From contig OZ004610.1 in assembly GCA_963924565.1 (NCBI GenBank), positions 7,254,001-7,318,000 of the forward strand: 64,000 bases of DNA. The letters run 5' to 3'. Numbering within the stretch: the first letter of the stretch is position 1; every line of letters begins with the position of its first letter. The stretch comes from Ascidiella aspersa (taxonomy: Eukaryota). Shown here piece by piece: positions 55,391-64,000 of this stretch. Under the pieces are notes generated by a model. It saw only the letters and a list, made by a program, of their open reading frames with translations. It made no database searches and was not told where the DNA came from. The position numbers and the translations under genes are program-made.

Positions 55391-56744
55391 CTTTTGCGAG
55401 CGCTAATTGTGACAAGGTAGAGCATACCTGAATGCAGAATGCATAGCAATGCTGCCGAGAAGAAAGCGCGAAGGGTTTATTTTTTGGCGACTCAATTTTC
55501 GCGCATCGTTCAATATCTAAACTAACTTTTACGACGCGACAAGAACAGATAACGGTTGATTAAAAAATTCTAACTAAAGCGTTGCGCCTACATTATATAC
55601 GAGTTGTCATACATCGTCGTCTGGTTGATTTTAATAAGAAAGAAGTGCGAAATTATTTGCGATATGCGTTTTGTTTAAGACGACATTAATTTGCGGAAAA
55701 CGAACGAATAAATTGCCTTCTGTCAAAACGTGATTTCTAGATGTATTGCGTCTAGTCGTTGTGCCCATACAAGTTGTGTCGCTTGTTTAAAAGCTTTAAT
55801 CTCGACTTACGGTTTACTTATAATGCAAGCGTTGCAAGTCTAAGCTGGAAATGTATAGCAATCTATCACTTAATCCACGGGCGTTAGAGGACCGGGTTGC
55901 TGAAAAGTAATATCGCGAAGACAAAGTAAAAGGCTCTTAAGTGGCTTTAAACTTGAGAATCGACCAATCCAGAAAGTCCCTGGTCTACAAGCGAGCGAAA
56001 GTGGCAATTTCAAGTTTGCGGAATCAATACTTTCGGCAGCCGCGACACGCGTCAGCGATTACAGGAGTGGTCACGCACGGGTGACTCTGGAGAAAATGCG
56101 CCGGCGACGGTCTGCAGTGGTCTGGATTGAACGAAAAAACGACGATATATATAGATATACGACTATACGTGTGTGTTGAGGATGCTTGCTTTGTAACACA
56201 AAGGGTAACGTACTGACTGAACGGCGTTGCTTTTTTGGGGGTTTGGCACGAACACGAGTTTAGCGCGTCTTCACCGGTAAATTCGGACTTGCTGTTTTTG
56301 GGGTTTCTTTTTTTTTGCGTTCTTTTTATATCGCTTGGGATGCGGCCACAGTTTTTGCGGAACAACACCTTTGCTAAGAAGTGGGTCGGGGGAGAAATTC
56401 GCTTTGAGCGCAAACAATAGAAAGTCGAGAAAAAAATATAAGCGATCGAACCACGTCAACATCGATAGATACCTCACGAGAAAAATAAACCTACGATTTT
56501 TTGTCCAGATCCGCAACAAACGAATTATTCGCCACACCATTTCGAAACGCCGAAAAAACGTAATTCTTAACATGCAACAAAATAACAACAAAACTGAGGG
56601 GAATAAACAACCCATCAATAAACCAAATGTGCGAGGAGCCGAACGATTCGAGTGGGCATTCGTCACACTCGGCCTAATTGCGATACATCAGGACAAATAT
56701 TGGGAGAGAGCGCGCGACTCACTTTTAACTTGAAGCGAGCGGGT

Positions 56745-59700
56745 TCAAACCTCGGCCGACTTGAGGTTCACGCAAATGTCGAGGGCCTTCTTGTAAGCCA
56801 ACTCCAGGTCGGCGTTGAGTTGCGTCATCATGCCAGACAGCTGATTGGAACCGAGGGACTCCATAGAGTGGGGGCGAGGGGGTCCAGGGTCAACGGCGAC
56901 CCCCCGGGCACGGGAAGCGCGCGCCCCGTGGCGCCGGCCGTTGGGGGCCAGGATTCGCTGCAGATCGCGCACCAGCTTCTCGCTTTTTGGGGTTAGGGTG
57001 CCAGAGGGGGGCTGATCGTCGAACGCGAACTCACCCCCTGGGTTTGGCAGGGTGTCGCGCGCCAGGGAGAGAGACAGGGGGCGTTGTGGTTGTTGGCTGG
57101 CGGTCGGGGTGCCCGGGTACGACTGTACGCGCTGGTACGAGTCGACTGGCAGCTGTGGCACGTGCACTGGCGTCGTGGTGGCGGTCGAGGTGGTGGTCGG
57201 CGTGAAAATGGCGCCTGTGAAGTTGCACTTGTCGAACGAGTCTGAAGAGAGGATGCTCGAATCGCTGTAGGTGCTGGCAGGGCGAGTCTGGCTTCCAATA
57301 CTGCTCGTGTCGCCGTCGCTTCCCGTGCCCGGCAAAAGGCGATCGTCGGCCGGAGGCGAGATAGGCATTAGGTAGCACTCCTTAACCGGGTTTGCGGCGT
57401 TCGGGGCCCGCGGCGGACGGGTCGAAGCAGCCCGGGCGCCTTTATGTAGCGGTGGCGCGGCCAGTGCGCTTTTAATATGCGGCATGCGGCGTTCGTGCGG
57501 CGAGCAGGGCAGCGAATCCGCAGAGCCGCTCGACAAGTCCGGCAGAGACGAAACCGCCACGGCTCTCTCCGGCGAGGAGTAGTAGCCGCTCTCGCGATCG
57601 CGCTTTGTGCGAAGTACACGCCGCTTGCCGGACGCTGTTTGGGGCTTGGTCTTGAGCTTGAGACTGTCCTTGGCCTGGAGACCGCAAACCGCGGCCAGCT
57701 GACCGGCCAGAATCGAATCGCTGACCACTTTGCTGCGCGGCGACGACTTGCGCGCAGGCGTGATTTCAATGACAGGTTCGGGCCGCTTGAGTATGCTCCT
57801 GGGCTGCGAGGCGCCCGGCGATTCAGCGAACATCATTTCCTCGGCATTCAGAGTCCGGTCTTCTGCGAGGAAGTTGTCGTTTAGGTCGAGGCCTCGCGGC
57901 GCGCCGGAAGAATCGTCGGTGACCGACATGGCGAACTCGGGCGGGGGAGAGGGCGGAAATGAGGGAGTGGCCACGTGCTTGAGCCACTCGTGATCGGCGA
58001 CCTGGTCAATTGTGGCCCTCTGGCGCGGGTCGACCGTCAGCATCCAAGTGATGAGGCCGTGCGCTTCTGCAAAGTTAAGGGTTCGAGAGGTTAGACTCGG
58101 CGATGGAGTGCGAGCTGTCTGTGGCGCTGAACGCCTTGCAGTTTTTTTGTTGCGTTATAAACAGATGAACTAAACTATAGTGTTTCTAAACCTTTTTTGG
58201 GGGGCGACCCAAATAATGAGCGTAAGTATATAACGGCGAAGTTTTGGCGACCGAATTCTATTAGCTGCACTTTTTGTAAGCGAACAAAACACTAAAAAAT
58301 AATAGCATAAAGTTCTTTCTAACTAAAGTGAACAATGTCGTTGTATCCCCTGGGTGAGAAAGGCGATTTTAAACTAACTGAAGGTGAGTGTTAAAATACA
58401 AAAAAATTAGGCGTTTTATAAGCAATCTATACCCAGAATTCTAAACCCGAAAGTATAGCCGTGGCGCGTCGTATGAAATATAACGTTTTTTTTAGTACTA
58501 AGTGACGTAGAACAGTAACTCCGACACTTTTTGAACGTGACTTTTAAAATTCAACGTTGATCAGTAAAAAAATTATCAACTAAGCTTGTGCCGACGAAAA
58601 GTGGATACTAGATTTAAACTGTTGCGTGCTGTAGTCAATAGTTTACCAAATTCGTAGATCACGACACTGCATGGTCTAGTATTAACGCGAAAGAGTCCAC
58701 ACCCCTAAAGCAATTCCTATTTTGGAGGATATACATAAAACGATTTTTTTAAGAATTGCTATTCGCAAACTGATACGAAGCACAGTTCCGAAAATTACTT
58801 CGCAGATAAAAAGTTTAGGAAATCATACTGTAGTCGATTGTAATCGTAGCACAGCGCATTGCCATTTCATCGAAAATAACTTGCCCTCTCCTAGTGTCGA
58901 GTGCCAGCCTAAGTTGGCCTGGGTATTTAAAAACCGCCGAGCGCGAGCCGCAAAAGTGCGCGGCACGACGAGTACAAGGTGAAGTGGGGATTGGCTTCAA
59001 TTACGAGCGCTTAACCTTGTAGAGGCGGCCTTCGCATAAGAGTCGACCGTTTTGTTTTATATTAGCTTTGCTGTTAAACCATGTGGTCGTTGTGTTCTGT
59101 GTTATAGAAGCGAATTAAACGATTTTTTTACAATATTTATACCCCTGGGCCCTTGGGTAGGCCATGAGGTTTTAGCATAACCTGGCACAAAGTGGCCAAT
59201 ATTGGCAGGATCTGGGGTCAAAATATTATGATATTTCTTGCTACACACACAATAAGCTGATACGTTTAATTCGTTAAGCTTTATTTACATTTGTTGTAAA
59301 TTTAGAATATTTACTGCGTACATGTTAATGTAAAACCTTAAAAGTTTAAACAGTGCCGAATAGAAAACATATGGCATTACAAGGATGCTGAAACAAGCAG
59401 TCAGTTTGCAGCGTAAAATCGTAAAAAACGAGGCGCAAAATCCGAAGGTCGTGAGTTCGGTCCCCACCTTTGGGTGATCGCTATAAAACGCGTTTAAACC
59501 CCGTCGACTACATTATCCGGGGTTGAAACAAGGGCAAAGGGAGTAAAATTGGTGCGCGTGGGAGAGGAATGCACTAGATTTCGTTAGGTACGCTGTCAAG
59601 GGCCCGGGCGAATTTCGAGTGTATCGATTTTTCCGAAGAGAAAAACCGGTCGACCATTTCGTCGGGCAAAAGAGAGAAGCGGAATGCTCACTGTATATTG

Positions 59701-62700
59701 GGAATAATTGCACCGGATGAAAAATCGATCGACTGTCAGGCTCTTTCTCTCTCTTAGACCTCCCAAGGGACGAAGGCGTATATTGGTTTGGTCGCCGAAC
59801 AGTCTGCTCAGTCGCGACTTAGCTAAGATTCGTTTCATCCGCCATTCCTAACAAACTTACGTCGAAGCAAGGAATTGGAAAACCAGTTTGTGTTAAAATT
59901 TAGGAGTTGACCAAAAAGGCTTAAAAATCCTATAAAATAACATTCAAACAACCCATATGTCAACTATATTTCAGCACGAGCCTTATTACATTGCGTATAT
60001 AGCAGCAAGAGTTTTTATATCCTTATACTTCTTATCAAGTAATTTTTTCGTCAATGTGATACTTACAAAAGGCTTGCATAAGAAAAAAATTACGCACTGT
60101 CTGAAAATAAGCGGGCTATATTTAATGCAGCACTAGATAACAACACCCCACGAAATCGTACCAGCAAAACAGTACAATTGTCACTTAAGCTTCTAAATAG
60201 CTTACCAGAGGGCTGGGCTGGAACACAGAAACTGCCGCTGGTGATTTGTCTTGTCAGCACCTGGTAATCACGACCGTCGAACGGCATCGTCCCGTACACA
60301 AGGGCGTACAGCAGAACACCCAAAGACCAGCTGTCCACCTGTGAGCAAAACAGAAAGGCTGTAAGTTTGCTGGGTAGAATATGAATTAAATGAAATTTAA
60401 GTGATCGGTTTGTACATCAAGCAAAGTCAGTTACATTTATTGGGCTGCATTGTGCCAAATGGAAGCTTATGTATTGGGGACAGGGTAACTGTTTACTGGA
60501 TTGTAAGAAACTATAGGTGCGGCTTTTGTTGGTTCCCTGAGGACAGTTACATCACGGATCCTAAAGAATCGTTGCCCGTGGGTTTGTCGCAGTGAATAAA
60601 GCCACAAAGTACATCGGAGTAAGTAAGGTTTAATCTCTTTGTGCCAAACGCCAAATCCTTATGTTGCGGACAAGGTTGTTCTCAGTTTACACAACTGACC
60701 AAACACAGGCGAAAAAGCCGTGTTTTTTAGCAGGGCGCGAGCGCGGATTGCGTGCGACCTTCGAAATTTTGAAGCCAAACAACTCCCGACTGTGACATCA
60801 CAATGCCTTTGCGCCCGAGTGGGAAAAGAGCGGCTATTTTGAGGTTAGCGAAAGCAAACTGAACGTGGCCTAAGAAAGCGAGCCGGCGGCCACAGACCGA
60901 GAATTGCCATTGTGTTCTTCGCTATTGGAATGTCAAGGGCGGGGAATGGCGACTTAGAGGCTGGCAGACCATTAACGTTAGAGCTGTATTTCGCGTTCAG
61001 GTACCACATGTGCGCGGGATTCTGCGCAATGTGCGTTGCTGGATTACATTTTAAGTATGAAACACCGTGGGTGGCATAGCGCGCTTTGGGACTCGTTTGA
61101 AAGTACAAACTTGCCAAGATAACTGCTCGTTGCTATAGCAGGCCATTCCAAGATAGGGTTATACCTTTTGAAAGCTCGTTGTAACGTACTATATATGACG
61201 TGGAAGAAATTTCGCGTCATTGGTTAATGACTAGAATTAAATATGAACACACTTCTATTTGTATCGAAAAGTTGATACAATTCTACACAGAAAGTTGTTC
61301 CAGCATTCCGAAACAAAAAATGCAATAAAATGATTTTACTTTTAATAAACGTTAAAATCGCTAGATTTTCAATTTCAGAAACTGTTTCAGACAAAATTTT
61401 TAAATTGCCATCTAACCTTGCCTTAGCGATAATTCTCACAGGAAAGAATTTACGTCACAAGACACGACAAGGCGCAAATTTTCCAAGAAAAACAATTTCC
61501 TTCGATATTTATAGTAGCCGGGTCTCGTGACCACTAAAAAAACACCCGACATTGGCGCAATATTGGAGGCGTGTGGCACTACACTGTGTGCGTACATTGT
61601 TATAGAAGCTCAGAGCGGCGTGGCCACGCATATTCAGTGATTCAGCCCACGTATGACTCACAGTGATGTAGAGCATAAGTAGTTGCCCAGCTGGTCGCGC
61701 AATTTGACACAACTGAATTGAAAACAAGACCATGGTACGCCGAAAGCGTAATATCCATCACCCTGTTTCGAATCAATCAAATCGCTTTACCTGAACAACG
61801 CGTATAGCCATCTACTGACGGTTGTATGACGTGTGCGTTTTACTATGGGGGTACGTTGGCGCAATGCGGCGCTGATCTAATGCGCTAAATATAGTTTATG
61901 ATAGAAGGGCGCTTGGGCCGAAATCCCCCATACAAAGTACCACAATGAGTAGTTACATGTGTATACTGTGATCATGTTCGTGCAAGTCGAATGGGAAATA
62001 AAACGCTAAATTAGGGCAATAAAAGAGGGTACTAATAGTATATAAATTCTTCCGTTAAAAGCCTTAAAAGCGGTCTGTTGAATTTTGCAAAAATTAGTCT
62101 TGTAAATAAAATTAGAACGAGCTTGCATGTGTCAAAGCATACATGCTGTTTGGGAACTGCAGTTTTCAGGAAATCCAAACAAGGCTTGAAAATACAATAT
62201 TTTACTATATATATATATATATATATTCAAAGCACAAACAACTGTTCAATGCGCTAAACAATAAAAGTATTATCGTCAAGCGAACAGGCAGTTACATGAA
62301 CGGCGTGGGCTAGTGTTCGTCAAACAGAAAGTGCGGGGGCGGGCCGCGGCTTTGTCCCCAGAAATAACTTTTAATTGTCCTGGCAGTTATTGACTTGCGT
62401 CGTACTTCGCGGTGCATTGGAAGGTCGCGAATTCGACATTGACCGCAAAATTCCAAAAAACAACAGTCCTTATTGTTAAATCGCGCGGGTTAAATATTAA
62501 CTGTGAATGTCGCGCTGTAATGTAATGGCATTTCGGTACAGTAAAATGTCCTTTTTGTGTGTGATCGCATATTTTTGCGATGCTATTTAGCGTGATTTCA
62601 TAATTTGACACATGAAGAAAAAGTGACGTATTCAATGTCGATTTTTTACAGCACAACGCTATTTTTATAATAGAACAATGAAAGAGTTAATTAATTATAT

Positions 62701-63941
62701 TGTGTGCAGTCAGTCACTTTGGTAATATAACGATGATCTGTATGAAGTTTTAATAGAATTTAGTCACTGCGGCTTTTCTGACTAACGCCGCCATTGCGTG
62801 TTACCTTGAAATAGCGTTCGTGACGTGAATGATTACGTCACAAAAAATCTCTGCCGAACCAAACCGGCTTGAAATTTCCAAAACAAGCCACGCTGTAGTA
62901 ATTTTGCTTGTTTTTTATTCTGTTGTTGTGCGTTTAGCAGGAAAAACACGAACGGCAAATATACATAAATAATAAGTACATGCTTACGAATTAAAAATCA
63001 ACGCATTTCCTGTACACATATATTTGACGGGTAATTGTGAGATATTGCAAACCTTCTAACCACACAATGACGGTTGTGTTTCACGTAATCTGTCACGCAG
63101 ATATTGGTAGACGACGCCTACTATAGCCAAACCTTCACCTATAAGTCTTGAATGTGCGCGTCGTGGGCTGTAATTTACGTTTGAGCCTGGGCTTTGGCGT
63201 TAAGCCGGCGTCGCTATTGATGCGACAACATCAAAGACCTTTCCCTATATAAGCTACGCGGCTGCGCATTTGACGTCAAGGCACCGCTGAGAGATTAAAC
63301 GCAGGTTCGACCTCCAAAGATCCCGAGTCGTTCGATTCAAGGTCGCGCTGCTGTCTTTAGGCGCCGTCGACTGTTTGCGCGTCCGCCCATAAAGAGATAT
63401 ACGATTGCGGAGCGTATTTACAGTAGCGCATAATAAAATCAGGGTGGTTTAGACAAAGGGCGGCTTTTATTAGAAAAAGGGGACTCCAATAATCGCCTTT
63501 AAAGTTCAACCGACTGTGTGTTAAAGTACAATAAAGCCCGGATGCATTTCTTCTGCTAACCCTGACAGGCCCAGATATAGCACATAGAAAAACTGAAAGT
63601 GAACAAGTTGTTCTAGAGTTGTTATTTTAATGCATTCTTTTATTGTAATGCATAAAGTGAAGTTTTGTAAAAAAAAGAAGCTAATTTTTTTGTTTAAGGA
63701 CTAGTCAAAACAATATGCCCCCCCAAAATATACCAAAGTAGAAAAAAAAAGGTTGTCGAGCTACACAACACAGGATCTGGCCACTAAACCTCAGCCGTAC
63801 AGACTGTCGAATAAGACCCACCTCTGGTCCCATGTATGGTTCTCCGGTGACGATCTCGGGGGATGCGTAGAGGGGACTGCCGCAGAAGGTGTGTAGAAGA
63901 CTGTCGCGCTTGAACATGTTAGCCAGGCCAAAGTCGGCAAT
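56745..63941 (-). CDS. NUAK1: NUAK family AMPK-related kinase (ARK5/SNARK-like), last three coding exons; the 5' part lies beyond the window
   Basis: Exons 63941-63822 ([10 protein letters not shown]...[20 protein letters not shown]), 60338-60206 ([22 protein letters not shown]) and 58066-56745 ([16 protein letters not shown]...). The tail has NUAK hallmarks: [16 protein letters not shown] and C-terminal YKKALDIC. Confidence 0.93.
62206..62226. repeat. (TA)n microsatellite
   Basis: About 10 TA units in a NUAK intron. Confidence 0.9.
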
Positions 63942-64000
63942 CTGCGTGAAGTACAAGAAAGGTTACCTATTAATCATGACTGGCAGTAGCGCTGTATGCT

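Noticed and set aside
56652-57993. Multiple overlapping ORFs on both strands (e.g. 57477-57884 +, 57368-57769 -)
   Set aside because: Shadow ORFs of the GC-rich NUAK terminal exon.
63290-63350. GTTCGA box-B-like motifs suggesting a tRNA or SINE
   Set aside because: No cloverleaf, no correctly spaced box A and no second copy in the window.

Overview
AT-rich, intron-rich animal genomic DNA. It is not prokaryotic: no CRISPR, rRNA or tRNA was seen. Compact GT-AG introns packed with hAT MITEs and the gene content suggest an invertebrate chordate such as an ascidian, but the taxon is an inference. Five protein genes were reconstructed by hand. (1) A secreted CUB-EGF-CUB-CCP protein (+, 8 exons, 392 aa) that is MASP/C1r-like but ends before CCP2 and the protease domain, i.e. 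a stand-alone MAp44-type gene. (2) An intron-containing NAD-dependent nucleotide-sugar epimerase/dehydratase of prokaryotic-looking type (+, 6 exons, 323 aa). (3) A GABA/taurine-clade SLC6 transporter (-, 12 coding exons, about 647 aa) with unusual substrate-site residues. (4) An uncharacterised, leaderless 202-aa protein with a threefold beta-trefoil-like repeat and IL-1/FGF-like motifs (-, one coding exon). (5) The 3' part of a NUAK kinase (-). Mobile DNA includes a decayed piggyBac, a decayed hAT transposon nested in a hAT MITE with both TSDs visible, a 1.8-kb non-autonomous hAT, many short MITEs and a locally templated insertion. The best candidates for novelty are the beta-trefoil cytokine-like gene, the putatively horizontally acquired epimerase and the protease-less MASP decoy.
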